From: Myxococcota bacterium
GTDB lineage: Bacteria; Myxococcota_A; UBA796; UBA2385
NCBI GenBank assembly: GCA_044344255.1
Contig: JBIJDH010000023.1
Location: forward strand, 1 to 64,000
Reading direction: 5' to 3'
Length of the DNA: 64,000 nt
This document shows, piece after piece, positions 1 to 9,700 of the stretch (positions within the stretch are counted from its first letter, which is position 1; each line of letters begins with the position of its first letter). Below the pieces are notes generated by a model, which did no database searches, was not told the DNA's origin, and saw only the letters and a list, made by a program, of their open reading frames with translations. A program made the translations under genes and the position numbers.

Positions 1-1445
1 CGGCTCCTCGCTCTCCTGTGCCACGGGCACGGGCGCGGCCGTCTCCACCGACTGCGACGACACCTCCGCTTCGGTCTACCTCGGCGCCACCGAGCTCGTC
101 GCCGACGGCATCGACCAGGACTGCGACAGCGTCGACTCCTGCTACACCGACGCCGACGGGGACAACTACGGTACGACCGTCGTGACCGACGGGTCCTCGC
201 TCTCGTGCATCACGGGCACGGGCGCCGCCGTCTCCACGGACTGCGACGACACCTCCGCTTCGGTCTACCTGGGCGCCACCGAGGTGGTGGCGGACGGCAT
301 CGACCAGGACTGCGACAGCGTTGACTCCTGCTACACCGACGCCGACGGGGACAACTACGGTACCTCCGTCGTCACTGACGGCTCCTCGCTCTCCTGTGCC
401 ACGGGCACGGGCGCGGCCGTCTCCACCGACTGCGACGACACCTCCGCTTCGGTCTACCTCGGCGCCACCGAGCTCGTCGCCGACGGCATCGACCAGGACT
501 GCGACGCGGTGGACTCCTGCTACACCGACGCCGACGGGGACAACTTCGGCACCTCTGTCGTCACCGACGGGTCTTCGCTCTCGTGTGTCACCGGCGCCGG
601 CGCCGCCGTCTCCACGGACTGCGACGACACCTCCGCTTCGGTCTACCTGGGCGCCACCGAGGTCGTGGCGGACGGCATCGACCAGGACTGCGACAGCGTC
701 GACTCCTGCTACACGGACGCCGACGGGGACAACTACGGTACCTCTGTCGTGATCGACGGGTCCTCGCTCTCCTGTGTCACCGGCACCGGCGCGGCGGTCT
801 CCACGGACTGTGACGACACCTCCGCGTCGGTCTACCTCGGCGCCACCGAGCTCGTCGCCGACGGCATCGACCAGGACTGCGACGCGGTGGACTCCTGCTA
901 CACCGACGCCGACGGGGACAACTTCGGCACCTCTGTCGTGATCGACGGGTCCTCGCTCTCGTGCATCACGGGCACGGGCGCCGCCGTCTCCACGGACTGC
1001 GACGACACCTCCGCTTCGGTCTACCTGGGCGCCACCGAGGTCGTCGCCGACGGCATCGACCAGGACTGCGACAGCGTTGACTCCTGCTACACCGACGCCG
1101 ACGGAGACAACTTCGGCACCTCCGTCGTGACCGACGGGTCCTCGCTCTCCTGTGTCGCCGGCACTGGCGCCGCGGTCTCCACGGACTGCGATGACACCTC
1201 CGCCGGGATCAGCCCAGCGGACACCGAGGTCGTGGCGGACGGCATCGACCAGGACTGCGACGCGGTGGACGCCTGCTACACCGACGCCGACGGGGACAAC
1301 TTCGGCACGACCGTCGTGACCGACGGCTCGTCCCTCTCGTGCTCCACGGGCACCGGCGCCGCGGTCTCCACGGACTGCGACGACAGCTCGTCCGCCATCA
1401 ACCCCGCCGCGACCGAGCTCGCCGGCGACGCGGTCGACCAGGACT
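1..1445 (+). repeat. In-frame tandem repeat, 189-nt (63-aa) unit, about 7.5 copies in the window
   Basis: cggctcctcgctctcctgtgccacgggcac occurs at 1 and 379 (2x189). Protein unit TDGSSLSC..GTGAAVSTDCDD...DNYGTSVV is 63 aa. Confidence 0.95.
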
Positions 1446-3814
1446 GCGACTCCACGGAGTCCTGCTTTGTCGACGCGGACTTCGACGGCGCGCGCACGGC
1501 CTTCGTGGTCGCGTCTCCCGACGTGGCGTGCGCGGCCGACGGCGAGGCGCTTGCGACGGCCGACCTCGACTGCGACGACACCGACGCGACGGCCTACCCC
1601 GCCGCCACCGAGCTCACCGGCACCGGCGTGGACGAAGACTGCGACGGCGCCGAGCTCTGCTACGTTGATTCGGACGGTGACGCGTACCGTCCCGACGACA
1701 CCTCCACGGTGGACTCCGCCGACGCCGACTGTGCCGATGTCGGCGAGGCCCTCGCCAGCGCGCTGACCGGGGACTGCGACGACACGTCCACGGCTTACAA
1801 CCCGGCCGCCGTCGAGTCCGACTGCACCGATCCCGCTGACTACAACTGCGACGGATCTACGGGCTATATCGACGCCGACGGTGACACGTACGCCGCGTGC
1901 GAGGAGTGCGACGACACCGACGCATCCGTGTACCCGGGCGCGACCGAGATCGCGGGCGACGGCATCGACGGTGACTGCGACAGCGTAGACACCTGCTACG
2001 TCGATGACGACGGCGACGGCTACCGCACCACGAGCACTGTCACGGGTACCACGGTGGCCTGCGACGGCGCAGGCGAGGCCACGGTCGACGCGGGCGCGGA
2101 CTGCGACGACACCGACGCCACGGTCAACCCCGCCGCGGTCGAGACCATCGGTGACGAGCTGGACGCGGACTGCGACGGCGCGGAGTCTTGCTTCACGGAC
2201 GCCGACGCCGACGGCTACCGCTCGGAGGACGGCGCGGTCGTCCTCTCGGAGGACACCGACTGTACCGATTCAAACGAAGCCCTCGCCAGCGCCGGCTTCG
2301 ACTGTGATGACAGCCAGACCTCGGTCAACCCCGCGGCGACGGAGACCGCAGGCGACGGGATCGACGGAGACTGCGACGACGCGGAGCTCTGCTACGTCGA
2401 CGCCGACGCCGACGGGTACCGCACCTCCGACACCGTGTCCGGCAGCGTGACCTGCGCCGGTGCGGGCGAGGCCTTGGCGACCGCGGACCTGGACTGCGAC
2501 GACACCGACACCTCGGTCAACCCCGACGGCGTCGAGCTGGCGGGCGACGAGATCGACAGCGACTGTGACGGCACGGAGCTGTGCTACGCCGACGCCGACG
2601 CCGACGGCTACGTGGACGGCTCCGGCGGGACCATCGACTCGGTCGACACCGACTGCGACGACACCCACGAGGCCTCGGCGACCGCCCTGTCCGGCGACTG
2701 CGACGACACCGACGCGGCCTACAACCCGGCCGCCGCGGAGACCGACTGCTCAGATCCGAACGACTACAACTGCGACGGCTCGTCGGGCTATGACGACGCC
2801 GACACCGACGGCTGGGCGGCCTGCGAGGAGTGCGACGACGCCGACGCGACGGTCAACCCCGACGCGACCGAGGTGGCGGGCGACCGGGTTGACCAGGACT
2901 GCGACGGCGCCGAGTCCTGCTACGTCGACGCCGACGACGACGGCTACCGCCCCGACGCCACCAGCGTCGTGAGCGGCAGCATCGCCTGCGACGGCGCGGG
3001 CGAGGCGGTGGCCAGCGACCCGACGACGGACTGCGACGACGCGGACGCCGCGGCGTACCCCGGCGCCACGGAGGTCGTGGGCGACGAGATCGATGAGAAC
3101 TGCGACGGCGACGAGGACTGCTACGTGGACGCCGATGGTGACGGGTACACCGCCACGGGCAGCGCCACGGTGGCCAGCGCGGACCTGCTCTGCGACGGCG
3201 CGGGCGAAGCGACCGATACGACCCCGGCGGGCGACTGCGACGACACCGACGCCGCCTACAACCCGAGCGCGCTCGAGGAGGACTGCACAGATCCGGCCGA
3301 CTACAACTGCGACGGATCCTCGGGGGTGGTCGACGGCGATGGCGACGGCTTCTACGCCTGCGAGGAGTGTGACGACGCGCTCGGCACGATCAACCCCGAC
3401 GCGGACGAGGTGTGCGACGGCGCCGACAACGACTGTGACGGCACCATCGACATCGACGCGATCGACGCCGAGACCTGGTACGCCGACGCCGACGGGGACG
3501 GGTACACCACGACCGAGACCGTGACCGCCTGCGACGAGCCGGAGGGCTACGCCGCGGCGACGGACGAGGACTGCGACGACGACGACGCGACCTCGAACCC
3601 GGCCGGCGAAGACGTCCCCGACGACGGCATTGACCAGGACTGCGACGGACTCGACGCAACCTCGGCGGACAACGAGGACACGGCCGACGCTCCGGACGAC
3701 AAGGACGGCGGGAAGGGCTGCGGCTGCGCCTCCACCGGGAACACGGGCGCGGTCTGGTCGCTGCTGCTCGGGGTGCTCGCGCTGGCGATGCGGCGGCGGC
3801 GGCGGGCGGCGTAG
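1..3814 (+). CDS. Large surface protein with MopE-like (putative metal-binding DCDD...P.A.E..DGID.DCD) repeats and a C-terminal MYXO-CTERM-type sorting signal; 5'-truncated by the window edge
   Basis: The frame is open from the window start, so the ORF-track start at 182 is an internal GTG. Many DCDD/DxDxDG repeats. C-terminus GGKGCGCASTG-hydrophobic stretch-RRRRR is typical of MYXO-CTERM. Confidence 0.9.
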   Translation, partial: GSSLSCATGTGAAVSTDCDDTSASVYLGATELVADGIDQDCDSVDSCYTDADGDNYGTTVVTDGSSLSCITGTGAAVSTDCDDTSASVYLGATEVVADGIDQDCDSVDSCYTDADGDNYGTSVVTDGSSLSCATGTGAAVSTDCDDTSASVYLGATELVADGIDQDCDAVDSCYTDADGDNFGTSVVTDGSSLSCVTGAGAAVSTDCDDTSASVYLGATEVVADGIDQDCDSVDSCYTDADGDNYGTSVVIDGSSLSCVTGTGAAVSTDCDDTSASVYLGATELVADGIDQDCDAVDSCYTDADGDNFGTSVVIDGSSLSCITGTGAAVSTDCDDTSASVYLGATEVVADGIDQDCDSVDSCYTDADGDNFGTSVVTDGSSLSCVAGTGAAVSTDCDDTSAGISPADTEVVADGIDQDCDAVDACYTDADGDNFGTTVVTDGSSLSCSTGTGAAVSTDCDDSSSAINPAATELAGDAVDQDCDSTESCFVDADFDGARTAFVVASPDVACAADGEALATADLDCDDTDATAYPAATELTGTGVDEDCDGAELCYVDSDGDAYRPDDTSTVDSADADCADVGEALASALTGDCDDTSTAYNPAAVESDCTDPADYNCDGSTGYIDADGDTYAACEECDDTDASVYPGATEIAGDGIDGDCDSVDTCYVDDDGDGYRTTSTVTGTTVACDGAGEATVDAGADCDDTDATVNPAAVETIGDELDADCDGAESCFTDADADGYRSEDGAVVLSEDTDCTDSNEALASAGFDCDDSQTSVNPAATETAGDGIDGDCDDAELCYVDADADGYRTSDTVSGSVTCAGAGEALATADLDCDDTDTSVNPDGVELAGDEIDSDCDGTELCYADADADGYVDGSGGTIDSVDTDCDDTHEASATALSGDCDDTDAAYNPAAAETDCSDPNDYNCDGSSGYDDADTDGWAACEECDDADATVNPDATEVAGDRVDQDCDGAESCYVDADDDGYRPDATSVVSGSIACDGAGEAVASDPTTDCDDADAAAYPGATEVVGDEIDENCDGDEDCYVDADGDGYTATGSATVASADLLCDGAGEATDTTPAGDCDDTDAAYNPSALEEDCTDPADYNCDGSSGVVDGDGDGFYACEECDDALGTINPDADEVCDGADNDCDGTIDIDAIDAETWYADADGDGYTTTETVTACDEPEGYAAATDEDCDDDDATSNPAGEDVPDDGIDQDCDGLDATSADNEDTADAPDDKDGGKGCGCASTGNTGAVWSLLLGVLALAMRRRRRAA

Positions 3815-3882
3815 GCGCCGCGCCGGGCGCCCGCGGCGCTGAGTCCCCTCGGATGCCGCGCCGCCCGAGGACGCGCTCCCCA

Positions 3883-3920
3883 GGCCCCGCCCTCTCCCGA
3901 GGGTGGGGTCTCTCGTTTGT
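3883..3920 (+). terminator. Probable intrinsic terminator after the MYXO-CTERM gene
   Basis: 12-bp stem ggccccgccctc / gagggtggggtc (with G-U pairs), 4-nt loop, followed by tctcgtttgt. Confidence 0.5.
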
Positions 3921-4216
3921 CGGACTCGGTCCATCCGGGTTGCATGGGCGGTCGGGGAGGCAACCTGCCGGTCTACCCGACCGCCGAGGCCTTCACCGAT
4001 AGAGCGGGTGGAGTGACTGGCCGCAGCAGGCCCGCGGCGAGACGCTCGGCCGCGACCCTACGGTCCAGTCTTGACCTTGCGCCGGGCCCGCCTTGCGATA
4101 TCACCGCCGCGCAAAGGCACCGTTGCCTCGCAGGAGGTTCCCGTGGTCGCATCCACGCGTTCTGTTCGGCAGCGCCAGAGCCACCGCGACGCCGCCGCCG
4201 GGCCTCGGAGGCGGGT

Positions 4217-5230
4217 TTGAGCGGCCGGGAGGTTGTCTCCATCCGCGAGGTCCAGGCGGTCCTGCTCGCCTCGCTCAGCTACGACCTCGAGCCGGGTCCG
4301 ATACTCGCCGCGGCTGGGCTCAGCTTCGAGGACCTCGCCAACACCGATCTCCGGATCTCCCATGCGCGGCTGGTGCGCCTGGTCGACGAGGCGATCCGCG
4401 GGGCCAGTGATCCCGACTTCGGCTTGCACATGGCCGAGCTGACGCTGCAGGCGCCGCTGCCGTCCGTGCTCGGACAGGCGTTGTTTGCGAGCGCCACCGT
4501 CGGGGACGGACTCCGACGGCTCCTGCGCTTCGGGCACCTCAACCACGGGGAGGCCATGCTCTGGCTGGAGGAAGACGGGGACGGGGTCCGCCTCTGTCAC
4601 ACCCCCGATCCGGGGACACTCGAGGTGACCCGCGCGCTCTCCGAGCGGGCGTTCGCCGCGGTGTTCCTCGGTGCGCGGCGCGTGGCCGGCCCGGCCTTCA
4701 CGCTCCGGGAGGTGACGTTCGCCCACGACGCCCCTCTGTCCGTGGCCGAGCACGCGCGGATCTTCGAGGCGCCGGTGCGCTTCGGGCAGCCGGTGGAGGC
4801 GATGGTCTTCGATCGTGCGCACCTCGACCTGCCGTGCGCTGGCGCCGACCTGGAGCTCGTCGCGGTGTTGGACGCCCACCTCGCGTCGCTCCCGTCGGCG
4901 CCGCCGGACCGGTTCCTCCAGCTCGTCCGGTCCCGGATCGCCGACGCGCTCCCGAACGGGACTCCGAGCGCGGAGCTCGTCGCCGCGCGGGTGGGCATGG
5001 GGGCGCGGACCTTCCGGCGGCGGATCGCCGAGTGCCAGACGACGTACCTCGACCTCGTGGCCGCCGTGCGCCAGGAGCGGGCCCGGACGCACCTCGCGGA
5101 CCCTGAGCTGGCGATCTCGGAGGTGGCCTTCGCGCTCGGGTACGCGGAGGTGAGCGCGTTCCACCGGGCCTTCCGCGGTTGGACGGGGACGACCCCGGCC
5201 GCGTTCCGGAGGGAGCGGGCGGCGGGTTGA
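4217..5230 (+). CDS. AraC family transcriptional regulator (N-terminal Arabinose_bd_2-type domain plus C-terminal double HTH)
   Basis: DPDFGLH, EVTFAH...FEAPVRFG, and C-terminal ISEVAFALGYAEVSAFHRAFRGWTGTTP. The TTG at 4217 with GGAGG upstream is preferred over the ORF-track start at 3917. Confidence 0.9.
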   Translation: MSGREVVSIREVQAVLLASLSYDLEPGPILAAAGLSFEDLANTDLRISHARLVRLVDEAIRGASDPDFGLHMAELTLQAPLPSVLGQALFASATVGDGLRRLLRFGHLNHGEAMLWLEEDGDGVRLCHTPDPGTLEVTRALSERAFAAVFLGARRVAGPAFTLREVTFAHDAPLSVAEHARIFEAPVRFGQPVEAMVFDRAHLDLPCAGADLELVAVLDAHLASLPSAPPDRFLQLVRSRIADALPNGTPSAELVAARVGMGARTFRRRIAECQTTYLDLVAAVRQERARTHLADPELAISEVAFALGYAEVSAFHRAFRGWTGTTPAAFRRERAAG

Positions 5231-5278
5231 GGACCTCGCGGGTGCGGGGAGCGTAGGCGGCGGGCGGCCTGAGGTCCA

Positions 5279-5319
5279 CTTTGGCCAGATCGGTCAATTC
5301 TTTGGCCCCGTCGGTCAAT
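5279..5319 (+). promoter_or_regulatory. Tandem direct repeat with 21-bp period, putative AraC operator
   Basis: ctttggccagatcggtcaat (5279) and ctttggccccgtcggtcaat (5300), 17/20 identical, directly after the AraC gene. Confidence 0.65.
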
Positions 5320-5461
5320 GACCCGACCCACACGGACCCGTAGGGTCACGTCGAACACGCAGCCGTGCCGAGGCGCTCGACGGGGACGGGAGGGTGGCGG
5401 CCTGGGCGTGGGCCCACGGGGAGGGCGACGAAGGGGGCGGCGGGGGGCTCAGCGCTCCGAA

Positions 5462-5496
5462 TCGGACAACCGCTTGCACTCTTCGGACAGCCGCTT
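5462..5496 (+). promoter_or_regulatory. Second 21-bp-period direct repeat upstream of the PKS
   Basis: tcggacaaccgctt (5462) and tcggacagccgctt (5483), 13/14 identical. Confidence 0.5.
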
Positions 5497-5592
5497 TCGG
5501 TGCGGCTCCCTGGCCTTTAGGGGCCGGCGTCGCCTCCGGAGCGCCCGCTCAGGAGGCCTCCCAAGATCCCCCGTCGCCGCCCCTCGCCGCCC

Positions 5593-6759
5593 ATGGAGCG
5601 CCCCTTGCACGCTGAAGACCCCGCCGTGGCCGCTGAGCTCGAATCCCTGGAGAGCCTGCTTGGATGGATGGTCGAGCAGCTCGGGAGCCGGCTCGGCCGC
5701 CCGGCCGAGTCCATCGACGTGGGCGAGCGCTTCAAGAGCCTCGGGATGGACTCTCTCGCGGTAACCGCCCTGCTCGCGCGGCTCGGCCAGCGACTCGGGC
5801 GAACCCTGTCGCCGACGCTGGCCTGGGAGCACCCCACCCCGAGGGCGCTGGCGATGAGCCTCCTGGGTGCGGGCGAGGCCGCGAGCGACCCCGCTGTGGG
5901 GGGTGTGGCGGACGGTCCTCGCCCAGCGGTCGATGAGCCCATCGCCATCATCGGCCTCGCTTGTCGCCTCCCTCAGGCCCCGAGCCCCGAGGCCTTCTGG
6001 GCGCTCCTTCGGGACGGGGTGGACGCCATCACAGAGGTGCCCACGGACCGCTGGGACCTCGCCGCCTGGTTCGACGCCTATCCCAGCGCGGCCGGAAAGA
6101 TGTGCACGCGTTGGGGCGGCTTCCTCCCCGACATCGAGCAGTTCGACCGCGCCTTCTTCGGCATCTCCCCCGGGGAGGCCGAGCGGATGGACCCCCAGCA
6201 GCGCCTCCTGCTCGAGACCGCCTGGGAGACCCTCGAGCACGCGGGGATCCTGCCCGAGACCCTCGTCGGCAGCGACACGGGCGTCTACATCGGCCAGATG
6301 TACCAGGAGTACAAGGGCCTGCTCGGTGGCCTCGAAGAGCTCGATGGGCACGTGCTCACCGGCTGCACCGCGAGCGTCGCCTCGGGGCGGATCTCGTACA
6401 CGCTCGGGCTCAAGGGGCCGAGCATGACCGTGGACACCGCCTGCTCCTCCTCCCTGGTGACCGTCCACCTCGCCTGTCAGGCCCTCCGCCGGCGGGAGTG
6501 CAGGTTGGCCCTGGCGGGCGGCGTCGCGCTGATGCTCACCCCCTCCACCTTCGTGGAGTTCAGCCGCCTCCGCGGCCCCGCGCAGCAGGAGGTCATTCGA
6601 AAGGCCCTGTCTGCGGCGGGGATCAAGGCGGCCGAGCTCGACTATGTCGAGTGCCACGGCACCGGGACCGCGCTCGGGGACCCCATCGAGCTCGGGGCCC
6701 TGGGCGCCGTCATGGCGGGACGAACGCCCACGTCGTGCTGGAGGAGGCTCCGTCCATGA
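5593..6759 (+). pseudogene. Type I PKS N-terminal part: ACP plus internally deleted, frameshifted ketosynthase
   Basis: ACP LGMDSL; KS motifs EPIAIIG, MDPQQRLLLE, DTACSSS and HGTGT present. FVEFSRLRG joins directly to PAQQEVIR (~6576). LGAVMAG jumps out of frame to GTNAHVVLEEAP (~6716), removing the second catalytic His region. Confidence 0.8.
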
Positions 6760-9700
6760 GCGCCGCCTCCACTGCGCGCCCCGGGGACGCGCTCCCCACG
6801 ACCGAGCTCTTCCTGCTCTCGGCGAAGACCGAGGCGGCGCTGCAGGCCGCTGCAGCCCGCCTCCTCTCTCACGTCGAGGCGCAGCCGACCCTCTCCCTCC
6901 ACGACCTCGCCTTCAGCCTCGCCACCCGCCGCAGCCCGATGGAGCGGCGCCTCGCCATCGTCGCCGGCTCGCGGGAGGAGCTGCTGACCGCCCTCCGTGC
7001 GCCCGTCACCGGAGATCGGCCGGGGGCGCCGGGTCGTATCGCTTTCCTCTTCACGGGGCAGGGCGCCCAGCGTCCGGGGATGGCGAAGGGGCTCCACGCG
7101 GCCTGGCCGGCCTATCGCGAGGCCTTTGACCGCTGTGTCGGTCTGTTTCAGCCCCTTCTCGACCTGCCGCTCCAGGACTGTATCTGGGCCGAGGAGGGGA
7201 GTGAGCTGGCCCTCGCCCTCGATCAGACCGGAATCACACAGCCCGCTCTGTTCACGGTTGAGTACGCCCTCGCGGCCCTCCTCGCCTCCTTCGGGCTTCG
7301 CCCCCAGCTCCTGCTCGGCCACAGCGTGGGCGAGCTGGTCGCCGCCTGTGTCGCCGGGGTCTTCACCCTCGAGGAGGCCGTGCGCCTCGTGGCGGCCCGC
7401 GGGCGGCTGATGCAGGCCCTCCCCGCAGGCGGGGCCATGGTCTCGATCCCCGCTTCGGAGGCGCGGGTCGCCGCGCGGCTCGTCGGTGTCGAGGGGCAGG
7501 TCTCCATCGCGGCGATCAACGGGCCCGACCAGGTGGTGGTGAGCGGCGAGGCGGGTGCGGTCCTCTCGGTGGCCGCTCGATTCGAGGCTGAGGGCGCCCG
7601 CTGCCGACGGCTGCGGGTCTCGCATGCCTTCCACTCCCCGTTGATGGAGCCGATGCTCGAAGCCTTCGAGCGGGTCGCGGGGACGATCTCCTTCCAGCGG
7701 CCTCAGATCCCGCTCGTGAGCAATGTGTCGGGCCAGCTCGCCGACGACCGCATCCTCACCCCGCGGTACTGGGTAGACCAGCTCCGGGGGGCCGTGCGCT
7801 TCGCCGATGGCCTCCGCGCCCTCGCCGCGGCCGGCGCCACCCGCCTCGTCGAGCTCGGGCCGCAGCCCACCTTGCTCTCCTTCGCGGCCGCCACGCTGTC
7901 TGAGGCCACACTGCCCGAGGCCACACTGCCTGCGGCCACACTGCCTGCGGCGGGGCTGCGCTTGATCCCCACCCTCCGCGCGGGGCGCGACGACACGGCC
8001 AGCCTCCTCGGGGCGCTCGGCGCGCTCTGGACCGCGGGCGCCCGCCTCGACCCCGCCGCCCTCTTCCCCAGCGGGGGCCGGCCTGTGCCGCTCCCGACCT
8101 ACCCCTGGCAGCGCCAGCGCTGCTGGCCGGCCGTCGCGCCCCCAACCAAGCCTGTCGGGGACTCCACCGGGGACCTGCTCTACGAGGCCGTGTGGACACG
8201 GCAGGACCGACCCCTCCCGGGGCCCGCGCCCACCGGCCGCTGGCTCATCTACGCCGATGACACTGGCGTCGCGCTCTCGCTCCTCGCCGCCCTCACCCGC
8301 GCCCGGGTGCCCGCGGTGGCGGTGTGGGCGGGGCGGGCCTGGCGGGCCTTGGAGGACGATCGTTTCGTCATCCGACCCGGCGTCCCCGAGGACGCCGCCC
8401 GGATGCTCAAGGAGGCCGACGCCGTGACCCAGCCCTTCACGCGGGTCGTCCAGCTCTGGGGGCTCGATGGCGCGGAGGCCACCGGGGTCCCCCGTGTGCG
8501 GGCCTTTCAGGCGCGGGCCCTCACCGGCACCCTGCACCTCGTGCAAGCCTTGGCCGCTCTCCAAGAGGGTGCCCGCAGCGCCCCGGCGCCCCGGCTCTCG
8601 ATCGTGACCCGGCAGGTCCACCTCACCCGGCCCGAGGACGGGCTGCCCGCCTTCGCCGGCGCCTCGCTCTGGGGCCTTGGGCGCACCATCGCCGCCGAGC
8701 ACCCCGACCTCTGGGGCGGGCTCTTCGACATCCCCGAGAGTAGCGGCGGCCCCGATCTCGCCGCTCGCCTCGTGGCCGAGGTGATGGACCCCCGCGGTGA
8801 AGAGGAGCTGGCCCTCCGATCCCACGGTCGCTATGCGCTGCGCCTGCGGCCGGCCCCCGCCGATTCGGCCCAGCCGGTGCAGATCTGCGGGGAGGCGGCC
8901 TACCTGATCACGGGGGGCCTGGGCGCCCTCGGCCTGCTCATCGCCGACCGGCTCGTCATCGAGGGGGCCCGCCACATCGTGCTCGTCGGGCGCAGCCCCC
9001 TCCCGCCTCGGGAGCGCTGGGAGGCGCTCCGGGAGGAGCCCGGGGTCGGCCCGCGGATCGCCGCGGTGCGCGCCCTCGAGGCGAAGGGGGCGCGGGTCTA
9101 CACCGGCGCCCTCGACATCACCGACGAGCCCGGCCTCCGCGCCCTCCTCGACGCCCTCCGTGGGCAGGGCTGCCCGCCCGTCCGCGGGGTGGTCCACGCG
9201 GCTGCTGAATTCCGGGCCGGGCCGCTCCGGGGCCTCTCGGCGGCGGAGCTCGACCGCTCCCTCGAGGCGAAGGGGATCGGCGCCCTCGTGCTCGAGCGCT
9301 GCCTCGGCGGGGAGGGGCTCGACTTCTTCCTGCTCCTGTCCTCGGTCGCGGGCTCGCTCCCCGACTTCGCTGAGGGCCTCGGCGGCTACGCGGCCGGGAA
9401 CGCGCTCTTGGACGGGCTCGCCCACCACCTCCGGGCCCGCGGCCTCCCCGCCACGAGCTTCGACGCCGGGCCCTGGGCCGACGGGGCCAGCGCCGACGCG
9501 GCCCTAATGGACAAGGTCCTCCGCTACTTCCGGCGGGTCGGCGTCCGCCCCTTTACGGCCGGCGAGGGGACGAAGCTCTTCATGCGCGTCCTGCGGGGGG
9601 GAGCGGCGCAGCGTTGGGGGATAGCGCTCGACCGCTCGGTCGCCGCACAGGCGCTCGCCCATCGCCCGCTCTTGCGGGAGCTGTGGAGCGCCCCCACAGA

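Noticed and set aside
1..1445. Regular repeats as a possible CRISPR array
   Set aside because: Contiguous 189-nt in-frame coding units with no unique spacers and no cas genes.
5961..6710. N-terminal ~250 aa of the 1629-aa ORF-track protein
   Set aside because: Arg/Pro-rich off-frame translation of the KS, which is encoded in the 5593 frame.
6700..6730. Programmed ribosomal frameshift joining the PKS halves
   Set aside because: No slippery sequence, and a large part of the KS is physically missing at the junction, so a deletion explains it better.
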